Notes: generated by a model not told the origin, from the sequence alone. DNA of 61,772 nucleotides, filler included, from 7 parts of 7 records of this genome joined end to end with filler, not necessarily neighbours in it, one strand, 5' to 3'. Shown: positions 30,069-39,914, counted from the first letter of the whole stretch. Program-made: numbers and translations.

Positions 30069-30126
30069 TTTGCGGCGGCCCACATAAAACATCAAACTAA
30101 CCTACTGATATAAAAGGAGGTTTACC

Positions 30127-30435
30127 ATGATTACATTTGGAGGCGTTGCCCAAATGACCACCCAGGCTGCAATGGCCGGCATCAAAAGTGATTCATCCAT
30201 GACGGGCATGCAGACGGACAAGTCTTCCATGGCGCCCCAAAGCAGGGAAGAGATGGAAGCCATGGCCATTGGCAAGGTTGCCGAAGCCAACATTATCAAG
30301 CCGAAAGCTGAGAAGGACGAGGGCATGTCCATGCCCCAAGCCGGACTTAAACGTGAGACTTATAATGCAATGGGTCAGTTAGGTCAGATGACGGCTATGA
30401 AGAGAGCCGGGGTTAATATCAACAAATCCATATAA
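30127..30435 (+). CDS. Small Met-rich hypothetical protein with YjfB-like C-terminus
   Basis: Strong SD AAGGAGG; ends GVNINKSI. Confidence 0.7.
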   Translation: MITFGGVAQMTTQAAMAGIKSDSSMTGMQTDKSSMAPQSREEMEAMAIGKVAEANIIKPKAEKDEGMSMPQAGLKRETYNAMGQLGQMTAMKRAGVNINKSI

Positions 30436-30499
30436 AAACGCCGGGGAGTCAGAACGCCCCGGCGCAAACAATTCAAATTGGAATAGTCTTCGATACGGA

Positions 30500-31396
30500 T
30501 TAGAGAGCTCGCATCCATTCGGGTTTGAGTCCGACATGGCCTTTGAGCGCCGCATCAATCATTTTTAATGCGTCCTGCTTGCCATGGGGATAGTGTATTT
30601 TAACCGGAAGGTAGTTTGAGGCGTGGTTTGAAAAGAACATGCCGCTGGTAAGGTCTGTGGAATTAACCATTTCACGCAATTCGGCCAGAATTTCCATTTT
30701 ATCGGGCAGGGTCCATCTGCCGGCGTCCTGTTCGTCGGCCAGACCGGTGCCCGGGATGACCATAACGGTCAAAGCGCCGACATAATCCGGGTCCATGCGG
30801 GTAAGCAATTCACCAGTGGCGCGGGCGTGTTCCAGTTGTCGCTCGCGTCCGCCAATGCCCAGCAGAACTGTCACGCTCAGTTTAATACCGGCGCCTTTCA
30901 AACGTCGCCCCTGCAGGATGAGATTTTCAGAATCGCTGCCTTTACATATGTTTTTTAAAGTGACGTCATCACCGCTTTCCACTCCATAGTAGGCAATCCC
31001 CAGTCCTTTTTGCCTGAGTTCGGCCAGTTGTTCATCGGTTTTCATTTTTACGCTTTTGCTATTGGCGTAAACTCCGACCCGTTCCACCCAGGGCAGGTAC
31101 TCCTTTATTTTTTCGAGAATCCAAACGAGTCTTTTTTGGGGAATGATCATGGCGTCGCCGTCCATCAGGAACACCCGGTTTTGCCGGCGGCAATATTTAC
31201 GGGCGAATTCCAGGTCCCTCAGGATTATATCATTGTCTTTTATGGTGAAACGCTTGTCTCTATAAGTGCCGCAAAAAGTGCACTTATTGTGAGAACATCC
31301 CAGGGTCGCCTGGATTAATATGCTATAGGCCTCGCTGGGGGGCCTGATTACGATCCCCTGATAATCGAAGCCTTCGGGTTCCGTGTTCAGGTTCAT
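30500..31396 (-). CDS. Radical SAM protein of unknown function
   Basis: IRPPSEA, GCSHNKCTFC (CxxxCxxC), GVESG, SNHASNY. Confidence 0.9.
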   Translation of the reverse strand: MNLNTEPEGFDYQGIVIRPPSEAYSILIQATLGCSHNKCTFCGTYRDKRFTIKDNDIILRDLEFARKYCRRQNRVFLMDGDAMIIPQKRLVWILEKIKEYLPWVERVGVYANSKSVKMKTDEQLAELRQKGLGIAYYGVESGDDVTLKNICKGSDSENLILQGRRLKGAGIKLSVTVLLGIGGRERQLEHARATGELLTRMDPDYVGALTVMVIPGTGLADEQDAGRWTLPDKMEILAELREMVNSTDLTSGMFFSNHASNYLPVKIHYPHGKQDALKMIDAALKGHVGLKPEWMRAL

Positions 31397-31853
31397 ACTC
31401 TTTACTCCTAAAAGCAATTATTACTTTCTTTATTACGCATCCCTCGTTTTTTTCAGCCCGGCCGACGCCTGTATCCATCAATTACATTTGTTAATATGGC
31501 CAGCGTGCATTATCATTAAATAAGTAGTCTATTTTTAAATAGGTCGATAATAATACACTTTTTCAAATTCGGCTGATAAATTACACCAACTCCGGATCCG
31601 CATAATAAAGATGACAAAGGAGTATAAAGCAACCGGCCGGTAAATTCAACTTTGCGCTTACGAGTATCTGAGCTACATCTACAGGACAGTTTGCATATTG
31701 AATTAACAAAGGTTTTCAAATGGTTAACGCTGCCGGACCAAGCTTTGATCCTTAGTAGCCAGGACAATGTTCAGCAACGGAATAAAAATTAAATTATTGC
31801 GGCAGTAATTTTTCCTTTTAAGGTTGCATGCCGCCTGCTGACAGCGTAACAAA

Positions 31854-33458
31854 ATGCAAAGATTACAAATTATCCTGATCAGCGACGAACCCGATGTTAT
31901 GAGCCTAATGAGCGCCGCCCTTGGCAGCGTCGAGCGCCCTTATTTTTCTACGTCAAATCCGTATGAAGCCCTGGAGGTAATGAAGGCCCGCCGGTTCGAC
32001 CTGGTCATATCGGACATTAATCTTCCCGATATAAATGGAATCGCCTTTATGAAAAAGGCTCGGCAGCACCTGCCGGAATCCGCTTTTTTCATACTTAGCG
32101 GTTATAGCCGGGAATACACTTATGAGAGCGTAATCAGGGCGGGCGCGGATGATTTTATTCGCAAGCCCTTCACTGAAAGGGAGTTCCTCAATAAATTAAA
32201 AAGGATAATTCACCAGCGAGACCTTGAGGAAGAAAACAGGCGCCTTCTCAAACAACAGGCCAATTTAAACGACCGGTTGGCCGCGCTTTTGGCCCTGGCT
32301 TCAGACATGACAGCGGAACTGGACGTAGAAAGATTGTTTGACCTGATTATTGCAAGAGTTACCGAAGCAATGGAAGCCGAGAGAACCAGCCTGTATGTAA
32401 TTGATTGGGATAGAAAGAACATCTGGACTAAAGTTGCTGAAAAAGTGGGGAAAATAGCTTTACCGCTAGGTGAGGGCATTAGCGGTCGGGTGGCTGAAAC
32501 CGGGGAGACGGTCAACGTGGCGGACGCCTGGGAGTTGCCTTATTTTAATAGAAAATTTGATGAAAAGCATGGTTTTCGAACCAGATCGGTTCTTTGCCTG
32601 CCCATCAGGAACCAGGTCGGGGAGAGAATCGGCGTTATTCAGGTAATCAATAAAAAAGACGGGGATATGTTCGAAAGCGAGGATGTGATATTTTTAAAAG
32701 GCTTGGCGTCCCAGGTTGGAATCGCGTTGGAAAATTCCCTGTTGCACAAAGAATTGAAAACTTCCTTTGACAGGTCTATCAGCACGCTGTCGGCCACTGT
32801 TGATGCGCGGCATCCTCTTACGGCCGGTCATTCCCAGAGAGTGACAAAATATTCGCTCATGATAGCCAGGGAGATGAAATTGGATGACAACTCCCTGGAA
32901 ATACTAAAATATGCGGCCATACTTCACGATATAGGCAAGATCGGCATAAGCGATCACGTGCTTTTGAAGAACGGTTCTTTTTCACCCGAAGAAAGGCGTG
33001 AAATGAACACCCATCCTCTAAAGACCAGGGACATACTGGAGAATTTTCATTTTCCCAGGTACTTGCGAGAAGTCCCCTTTGTGGCCGCCCATCACCATGA
33101 AAAAGTCAATGGGCAGGGTTACCCGGATGGATTGACCGGGGCGCAAATGCCTTTGGGATCGAAAATTATGGCTGTTGCGGACGTGTTTGACGCTTTAACT
33201 TCCAAAAGAGATTATCCCAAGTACAGCGGAGACCAGACATTCAACAACGAACCCATGCCTTTGGACAAGGTAATATCCATCCTCGAATCGGATGCCGGCA
33301 AGCATTTTGACGAATCAGTGGTTGACGTGTTCCTGGGCTGTCTGCCCCGGATATTGGTGAGCAATCGAGAAAAACATTTTTCGACTGAATATGTAGATGA
33401 AACGATAATCCGGCTGGCGCCTGATTTATTAAACATCCGGCGGAAATTGCACGCCTGA
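31854..33458 (+). CDS. Receiver-GAF-HD-GYP c-di-GMP phosphodiesterase-type regulator
   Basis: REC (DLVISD, KPF), GAF (TRSVLCLPI, NKKDG, F...D), HD-GYP (GHSQRV, LHDIGK, HHEKVNGQGYP). Confidence 0.9.
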   Translation: MQRLQIILISDEPDVMSLMSAALGSVERPYFSTSNPYEALEVMKARRFDLVISDINLPDINGIAFMKKARQHLPESAFFILSGYSREYTYESVIRAGADDFIRKPFTEREFLNKLKRIIHQRDLEEENRRLLKQQANLNDRLAALLALASDMTAELDVERLFDLIIARVTEAMEAERTSLYVIDWDRKNIWTKVAEKVGKIALPLGEGISGRVAETGETVNVADAWELPYFNRKFDEKHGFRTRSVLCLPIRNQVGERIGVIQVINKKDGDMFESEDVIFLKGLASQVGIALENSLLHKELKTSFDRSISTLSATVDARHPLTAGHSQRVTKYSLMIAREMKLDDNSLEILKYAAILHDIGKIGISDHVLLKNGSFSPEERREMNTHPLKTRDILENFHFPRYLREVPFVAAHHHEKVNGQGYPDGLTGAQMPLGSKIMAVADVFDALTSKRDYPKYSGDQTFNNEPMPLDKVISILESDAGKHFDESVVDVFLGCLPRILVSNREKHFSTEYVDETIIRLAPDLLNIRRKLHA

Positions 33459-33492
33459 GGCGGCAAGACTGTATTATCAGTTCGCTTCACTC

Positions 33493-33516
33493 AAGGGCGG
33501 CTCGAAAACCGCCCTT
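33493..33516. terminator. Hairpin between convergent genes
   Basis: CAAGGGCGG...CCGCCCTTG. Confidence 0.55.
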
Positions 33517-33544
33517 GTTTATCCAGATGATATTAATGTTTTTA

Positions 33545-34381
33545 TTACAATTCCATCAACTGGCCGCCGGTGATGTTCATGGCCTGGCCAGTGATGTATG
33601 ATGACGCCTGGGAAGCCAGAAAAGCGGTCAGGTCGCCGACTTCAGACGGCTCTCCAATCCTCCCCAAGGGAATGGTGGAACACATCTCCCGTTCCCTGTC
33701 TTCGGGGGTGCAGTTTAGAAATTCCGCTTCCATGCCGAAACGCCACCTTTCCAGGTCCGTCATTATCTGCCCCGGGCAAATAGCATTAACCCTGATACTC
33801 CGGCCTGCCAATTCCTTGGCCATTACCTTGGTCAACATTATAACGCCCGCCTTGGCCACAGCATAAGCGCCGTTAAAAAGAGGGGGACATTTTCCAGCTC
33901 TTGAGGAGGTGTTGATTATGCTTCCGCCCTTTTCGGTCATCAGCGGCACAATGGCTTTGGACACGCGAAACACACCATGAAGATTTACATCAATTGTTTT
34001 GAGCCAGGCGCTCTCATCGTAGGCGTCTATCGTGCTGGGAACACCGAAAGTGGCGCCGGCGTTATTGCATAGTATATCAACCCGGCCGAACTCTTCCTTG
34101 ACGGTTTGAGCCGCCAACCGAATCGATTCTCCGTCAGTCACATCCAGATTAACGGCCATGGAATTAATCCCGAATTCGTTTTTCAAATGCAGGGCGATTT
34201 CCTCCATTTCAGACCTGGAACCGGGTGTAAGCGCTCCGCAATCCGCATCCACGACACCGAGATCGGCGATAACAACCGAGGCGCCACAGGAGGCGAGCTT
34301 TTCGGCCATGGCATAACCAATGCCTGTTTTTTTTCCCGAACCGGATACCAGGGCGATTTTCCCCTTCAAATCTTCATACAT
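33545..34381 (-). CDS. SDR family NAD(P)-dependent oxidoreductase
   Basis: SGSGKKTGIG, NNAG, YAVAK (YxxxK), VNAICPG. Confidence 0.92.
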   Translation of the reverse strand: MYEDLKGKIALVSGSGKKTGIGYAMAEKLASCGASVVIADLGVVDADCGALTPGSRSEMEEIALHLKNEFGINSMAVNLDVTDGESIRLAAQTVKEEFGRVDILCNNAGATFGVPSTIDAYDESAWLKTIDVNLHGVFRVSKAIVPLMTEKGGSIINTSSRAGKCPPLFNGAYAVAKAGVIMLTKVMAKELAGRSIRVNAICPGQIMTDLERWRFGMEAEFLNCTPEDREREMCSTIPLGRIGEPSEVGDLTAFLASQASSYITGQAMNITGGQLMEL

Positions 34382-34631
34382 TGACAAACCTCCGTAAAAG
34401 AACAGTCGACTCATTAATCCGCCCGACGGCTTTAAAGAGCCGGATCGGGTATGATCACATAGTCCATGTTATCATAAACGGTTGTAACATAACATTTTTT
34501 CATAGAATTGCAGGCTCCGGCCAAGATAAGCCCCCCAAATGCATTCATTCTTTTTTTCCGGACAAAGTTGTTAGATTAAGCCTGATGATGTAAACTCTGG
34601 TAGCAATTAGTTCGAAAGGAGAACTATCCTG

Positions 34632-35441
34632 GTGAAACATCGCTATATAACCGCTACTCTGACATTAGTCTTTTTATTAATTACAACCGGCGCCTGGGCC
34701 GGAGGCATGGAAAATTACAGGGCTGGTTGTCAAGCCAATAAGTCATTCAACTATGAACAAGCCATAATGCTTTTGACGCTGGCCATTGAATCCGGGGAGC
34801 TTGAGGGAATGGATCTGGCCTCGGCCCATTTCAGCAGGGCGTTCGCCCTGAAAAAGTCCGGAAAATTTAATGAAGCGATATCGGATTACGATAAGGCCCT
34901 GCAACTAAGCCCTTCGCTTAAACAGGACCAGTTTTTTCTAAATGCACGAGGCGCGGCCTATATAGGCGCGGGCGATTATTCAAGGGCTTTGAAAGATATT
35001 GAAGCGTCCCTGTTGTTGGATTCCGAATATGCAAGCGCTTACAACAGCCGGGGAATAGTGCACTCTAAAAAGGGGGAGTTTGACAAAGCGATTATAGATC
35101 ATCAGAAAGCAATAGAATTGAATTCCCACTTTTGGCTGGCCATGGCCGATCTGGCCTGGTTAAGGGCGACCTGCCCGGATGACGGGATCAGGGATGCGGA
35201 CGAGGCGGTAATGTGGGCTGAAAAAGCGGCTCACTTTAGAAGGAATCACAAAACGCTGGACGTTCTGGCCGCGGCTTATGCATCGGCAAACCGTTTTGAA
35301 GAAGCAGTCAAGGTGCAGGAGCTTGCCATGGAGATGCTCGTTGTAGAGCATCAACTTAGAAAGCTTGAAGAACTGGAAAAGCGCCTTGAATCTTACAAGG
35401 CCGGCAAAGCCTGGCGGAATTCGCAGGTTAAACAAGATTAA
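34632..35441 (+). CDS. Secreted tetratricopeptide repeat protein
   Basis: Signal peptide, TPR motifs (AYNSRG...AI.D..KAIEL), LAWLRATCPD. Confidence 0.85.
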   Translation: MKHRYITATLTLVFLLITTGAWAGGMENYRAGCQANKSFNYEQAIMLLTLAIESGELEGMDLASAHFSRAFALKKSGKFNEAISDYDKALQLSPSLKQDQFFLNARGAAYIGAGDYSRALKDIEASLLLDSEYASAYNSRGIVHSKKGEFDKAIIDHQKAIELNSHFWLAMADLAWLRATCPDDGIRDADEAVMWAEKAAHFRRNHKTLDVLAAAYASANRFEEAVKVQELAMEMLVVEHQLRKLEELEKRLESYKAGKAWRNSQVKQD

Positions 35442-35445
35442 TGCG

Positions 35446-35790
35446 CTAAGCAGGCAACTCGAATTCCTGTATAAGTTCTATAATTGACGAAATATCCTGG
35501 TCGGAAACCCGGACGAACTGAAAGCCTGTGTCTATAAAATCCGGGTTTACATCCGGCTTTGACCAAACACTCTTGGCTTCAAAATTCACGTCCCTGTTTT
35601 CTCCCATTTCCTTTGGCAGACACAGTTTGAGTTTGAATTGTTCGCCGACTTCTATTTTAACGGAACTGACAAGCATCAGGCCTTCAGTGGTAATGTCGAC
35701 CAATCGGCCAATGGGCTGGCCTGAAGTGCGATCAATGACTTTGAGATAGTAGATTAACTGCCTTCTTTTCAGTTTTCTTTTTTCCAGCAA
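35446..35790 (-). CDS. Stand-alone PilZ domain protein
   Basis: RxxxR (KRKLKR), DITTEG, VW, GFQF. Confidence 0.88.
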   Translation of the reverse strand: MLEKRKLKRRQLIYYLKVIDRTSGQPIGRLVDITTEGLMLVSSVKIEVGEQFKLKLCLPKEMGENRDVNFEAKSVWSKPDVNPDFIDTGFQFVRVSDQDISSIIELIQEFELPA

Positions 35791-35961
35791 TTAACATCTC
35801 CTTTGACCAGAGGCGCCGCGACGGCAAACCGAGTGTATATATAGCCTATCGGAATTTATATTACCAATTTAGGGAGCTTTTCCGCAACAAGTTTCGATGT
35901 ATAACGATTTTTCTTTATTTATGGGAATGTGTCGGAAGGTATTGATCCCTGCTAAAATAAC

Positions 35962-35996
35962 CGCCAAGACCGGCCTGGTCCAGCCGGTCTTGGCGA
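35962..35996. terminator. Strong hairpin downstream of the DUF5684-like gene
   Basis: CGCCAAGACCGG...CCGGTCTTGGCG; no clear U tract. Confidence 0.45.
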
Positions 35997-36053
35997 CAAT
36001 TACTTATCTTGTTAATTCGGCTTTTGACAGACCTGGTTTTGAACCAAAGGCTA

Positions 36054-36401
36054 TCAGGATGAAAAGGCCAGATAGCCGGGGATTATAAAATTAACAAACG
36101 GAACAATCATCAGGACGCCTATCCAGCCCGGTTTGCCGCGCGCTTCAGCCACGGCCATAAAAAGCAGGATGGCGAAAACAATGTTGATTAGAGGAATAAA
36201 GAACATGATCAGCCACCACCCGGGCTTGTCTCCGACCTTGCACATCAGATAAATCTGAATAATGGGAACCCAGGCCATCCAGGCTCCATCAGTACCGGTT
36301 TTGTTGGCTATCGTCATGAAACAAAAAGAAAAATAGACATAGATGGCCGCCCATACCACTAAAGAAATTAGTGCCGCAGCCGTACCGCCGCCTTGATCCA
36401 T
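36054..36401 (-). CDS. Small integral membrane protein (DUF5684-like)
   Basis: WMAWVP, KPGWW, FIPLIN, GKPG, YLAF; start at ATG 36401 after GGAGG. Confidence 0.75.
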   Translation of the reverse strand: MDQGGGTAAALISLVVWAAIYVYFSFCFMTIANKTGTDGAWMAWVPIIQIYLMCKVGDKPGWWLIMFFIPLINIVFAILLFMAVAEARGKPGWIGVLMIVPFVNFIIPGYLAFSS

Positions 36402-36713
36402 CACACCCTCCTTACGCTTTCCCCAAACATATGTCCGGGAAGTTATTAAGAATTCATCCAAATAAAATTTGAATTGGAAACGCCCTCTCGTCACTCCCAC
36501 ATGTAATTATAAATTGAGCTAAACCAGCTTTCAATGTATTTTACTTCATTTTTTTCCATACTATCTTTATGTTAAGATTTCGCTCGGGATTTAACCGGAA
36601 AAAATATCTTATTAATGGCTTCGCACTATTTACAAGGCAAGTAAAGATTAGATAAGATAAGAAAATCCTTAAAATCCTGATAATGGATTTACTAAGTGTT
36701 AGGAGTATTGAAA

Positions 36714-38288
36714 ATGCATCAGCGGGCTCGAATCGTATTAATTTACATGATTATTGCGTCCCTATTATGCTTCTCCAAGATTGTCGTCGCTCAAGATGAG
36801 TTTTATTCCATCCAGGTGAGCGCTTTTAAGCAGGAGAAAAACGCCAATGACGACGTCGCCCTGTTCAAGGACAAGGGTTTGGATTCCTTTTCACGCTACG
36901 AAGACACGGGCGGCAAAGGCATGTGGCATCGTGTCTACGTAGGCCGTTACGGAACCAAGAAAGAGGCGGCCGAGAAAGCAAAAATTCTGAAAGATGAAGG
37001 CTTTATTGCCGATTTCACCGTCCGCCTGATCAAGGGTGAGCCGGCCGCGCCTCCCGAAGAAGATGCAACAGCGGTAGTGGAAGATGTACAGTTGTTCACG
37101 GAACGGGACCCCAATGAAAAGGTGCCGACCAAGGAAAAAGTAATCCCGCCCGCCCGCATGCCCGGCGGTTGGGAGATTGTAGTCGACCTTTCCGGTTCGA
37201 CCAGGGAAACCTTTCAATGTTCCGGGTACACCAAGCTGGAAGCCATATTCACAATATTGAAAAGGCTTAATACAAAAATACCGGATCTTGATTATCAGGC
37301 CGCATTGCGCCAATTCGCCTATAAAAGGGCCTGGACCAGGAAGGATTACACCAAGCTGGTATACGAACCCCAGAGATATGACCGGAAAGCTTTTCACACC
37401 GCCATTTCGGAATTGACGCCGTCGGATGCCATTACGCCTTTGGGCTGGGCCATTGCGGCCGCGGAAGAAGACCTGATGGCAATGCCGGGCAAAAAAGCTT
37501 TGATTATTATTTCCGATTTCAAAAAGAATCATGATTTCGGCGGTCCCATGTCCAGGGCCAGGAGCGCGGCTATAAAAATGGGCGACGATCTGACCATATA
37601 TACAATAAATGTCGGCTTCACTAATGCAGAAAATCAACTGGCCCGGGAAGTCGCCGAAGTAACCAAGGGCGGAATAACTTACAACGGCTGTAAACTTATG
37701 ACGGACGAAGAATATTTCGATAACATGACCGCTCAAATATTCGGCGTGCCCAATATAGTTGTGATTCCAGTGTGCCAGGATTCGGACAAAGACCTGGTAT
37801 GCGACGAAGACGACCAATGCCCCAACACTCCGGCCAATGCTCCCGTGGATGAAAGAGGATGTTGGATCGCCGCATTCGACCAGTTTTTCGACTATGATAA
37901 ATACGATGTCAAGGAAGAGTTCCTGCCCAGGCTGAAGGCGTCGGCCAAGATAATTCAGGATAATCCTCATCTTGATGTTGTAATTGCCGGCCACACCGAC
38001 AGCAAGGGTTCGGAAGAGTATAATATGAAACTCGGCCAGAAGCGGGCTGAAGCCGTAATGGAATGGCTGGTTAAATTCGGCGCGGATCAGGACCATCTCA
38101 AGGCCGTATCATATGGTGAAAGCCAGCCTATCGCCGACAATGAAACCGATGAGGGCCGGGCCAAAAACCGTAGGGTCGAATTACATGTTTCCGAAATAAA
38201 AACCGAAGAACCTGAAAAGATCGCTGATGATTCCGAGATGCAATCCGATAATCAACCCGATGATTCCGAGCTGAAATCCGACCTTTAA
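36714..38288 (+). CDS. SPOR-vWA-TSP3-OmpA domain protein
   Basis: SPOR (YSIQV.AF, WHRVYVGRY), vWA (DLSGS, TP, IISD), DSDKD.V.D..DQCPNTP, OmpA (GHTD, LGQKRA, NRRVE). Confidence 0.85.
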   Translation: MHQRARIVLIYMIIASLLCFSKIVVAQDEFYSIQVSAFKQEKNANDDVALFKDKGLDSFSRYEDTGGKGMWHRVYVGRYGTKKEAAEKAKILKDEGFIADFTVRLIKGEPAAPPEEDATAVVEDVQLFTERDPNEKVPTKEKVIPPARMPGGWEIVVDLSGSTRETFQCSGYTKLEAIFTILKRLNTKIPDLDYQAALRQFAYKRAWTRKDYTKLVYEPQRYDRKAFHTAISELTPSDAITPLGWAIAAAEEDLMAMPGKKALIIISDFKKNHDFGGPMSRARSAAIKMGDDLTIYTINVGFTNAENQLAREVAEVTKGGITYNGCKLMTDEEYFDNMTAQIFGVPNIVVIPVCQDSDKDLVCDEDDQCPNTPANAPVDERGCWIAAFDQFFDYDKYDVKEEFLPRLKASAKIIQDNPHLDVVIAGHTDSKGSEEYNMKLGQKRAEAVMEWLVKFGADQDHLKAVSYGESQPIADNETDEGRAKNRRVELHVSEIKTEEPEKIADDSEMQSDNQPDDSELKSDL

Positions 38289-38360
38289 ATTCAATTCTCT
38301 TATTCATCGTCGGCCGGTGTACTCAAACCGGCCGACGGTGCAGCTACCAAGTTGTCCATT

Positions 38361-39239
38361 ATGAGCGGACACAAATCGATAATCATTGTTTTTTGTATAT
38401 TTTTCCTTTTACCGGCTCGAGCGCCTGCCGCCGATGAAGATTTTGCAGCCGGTTGCTCTTCATGGTGCATGGAAAACAAGGGGCTGTTTGAAGCGGATGC
38501 TGAAAATAAAAGGCCTCTGTGTGAAACTGATTCTCATGTTGTAATATTCGAACGGGCGAGAAACTGGCGGGAGGCGGTCGGTTACAGCCTGGAACATTCA
38601 AAACAGGCGGAAAAGAAAGCCGGCATAGTTCTTTTTTTTGAAACCCCGGATGATATTGAAATTTGGCGCCGGTTGGCTTCCCTGATCGAACACTATGGGC
38701 TTCCAATCGATTCCTGGTTGATTGGTATGGACGTCAGACATGTCTCAAAGAAAACGATCAAACCTAAGCCCGCTGAACAGCCGAAGCCGGTTGAAACTTT
38801 TACGTCTCAAAGGGAAAAGGATCCAAGCGCATCCGATCTGGACCGGAAGTATCTTGATATATTAAATGAAAACCAGGCCATATACACGTACAACATCGGT
38901 CTGGCCTATCATCGCAAGGGCAATTACGACAGGGCGATTATCGAGTATACAGCAGCCCTCAGGCTGAATCCCCGCTTTGCCAAGGCTCTTCAGAATCGAG
39001 GGGCGGCCTGGTTTTCCAAAGGGGACATAGACCGGGCCATAAATGATTTCAATCAGGCATTGAACATTAATGCGGAATTGGCCCAGGCCAGTTATAACCG
39101 AGGTGTTGCCTGGGAAAGAAAAGGCGAATTTAAAAAGGCTCTGGCAGACTATAAAAAGGCTTATCATTTGGAACCCGGGAATGAGGCCTATAGAATTTCG
39201 GCCATGGAAATGGAAAAAAAGGCGGGTAAGGAAAAGTAA
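38361..39239 (+). CDS. Secreted protein: uncharacterised N-terminal domain plus C-terminal TPRs
   Basis: Signal peptide, WC...C...W.EAVG...KKAGIVL...LPI..W domain, three TPRs. Confidence 0.75.
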   Translation: MSGHKSIIIVFCIFFLLPARAPAADEDFAAGCSSWCMENKGLFEADAENKRPLCETDSHVVIFERARNWREAVGYSLEHSKQAEKKAGIVLFFETPDDIEIWRRLASLIEHYGLPIDSWLIGMDVRHVSKKTIKPKPAEQPKPVETFTSQREKDPSASDLDRKYLDILNENQAIYTYNIGLAYHRKGNYDRAIIEYTAALRLNPRFAKALQNRGAAWFSKGDIDRAINDFNQALNINAELAQASYNRGVAWERKGEFKKALADYKKAYHLEPGNEAYRISAMEMEKKAGKEK

Positions 39240-39269
39240 ATTATCATTCCTGCAAGCGCTGTGACCAAA

Positions 39270-39299
39270 GAAAAACCCCGGCTTGTTTCCGGGGCTTTT
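39270..39299. terminator. Bidirectional terminator between convergent genes
   Basis: AAAAACCCCGG...CCGGGGCTTTT. Confidence 0.65.
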
Positions 39300-39389
39300 C
39301 GCTTTAGTAAGAGAGAAACGGTAATGTAATCTTTCCCGGTGAGGAATAGAGCCTCTCACTCCCCTCCCCGAAGAATAAACATGGAATTA

Positions 39390-39572
39390 TTAAGCAATAA
39401 CATCGATCTCCCTACCATAGCCGGCTACGCTGAGCACGGCTTTTCTAAAGGCTATCCTTGTTTTTAACTGGTCGTACTGATACTGGTGCAACCGTTGCGC
39501 GCCTCTGGCCGCCAGATCGCCCATGAGCGACTCTGTCGCCGGGCCCGGGGCCTGGTTTGCATTTATTTTCAT
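39390..39572 (-). CDS. 60-aa protein with YjfB-like C-terminus (GREIDVIA)
   Basis: ATG 39572 (MKINAN) with GGAGG SD and a sigma28-type promoter upstream. Confidence 0.65.
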   Translation of the reverse strand: MKINANQAPGPATESLMGDLAARGAQRLHQYQYDQLKTRIAFRKAVLSVAGYGREIDVIA

Positions 39573-39618
39573 CCCTTGCCTCCGTTTCTCTCCAAAGGAG
39601 GGGGCGTCTCTAATACAA

Positions 39619-39646
39619 TTATCGGCAGACAGCGGAGTTTTCTTTA
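39619..39646 (-). promoter_or_regulatory. Sigma28 (FliA/SigD)-type promoter
   Basis: Minus strand TAAA-N16-GCCGATAA with a perfect -10. Confidence 0.7.
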
Positions 39647-39885
39647 AATTTACTTTAATATTTTTATATTTTTCTTGGAAAGAATTACATGGCCGAATAG
39701 AAATGCTCGGCCGGAGTTTATTTTTTTCGGCTGTCGCATCCAGTTCACAAGCCTTGCCCGGAGACGCAAAAAACATGAATGTTACAAAAAAAAGGCGACG
39801 CAGATACAGCATTTTCCAAAATAACTGCCAAATTGGAAGGCGCTCATGTTTCGATCGTAAAACCTCAAAAGCCTATTTCCTTAAT

Positions 39886-39911
39886 GTAGCGGCGCCCCCC
39901 TGTGGGCGCCG
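39886..39911 (+). repeat. GTAG-type REP-like hairpin at the contig end
   Basis: GTAG followed by CGGCGCCC...GGGCGCCG. Confidence 0.55.
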
Positions 39912-39914
39912 TTA

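Noticed and set aside
31420-31853. c-di-GMP (GEMM) riboswitch upstream of the REC-GAF-HD-GYP gene
   Set aside because: No convincing GGCAAA/GNRA P1-P2 arrangement on either strand.
36891-38096. 401-aa minus-strand ORF
   Set aside because: Antisense shadow of the SPOR-vWA-OmpA gene.
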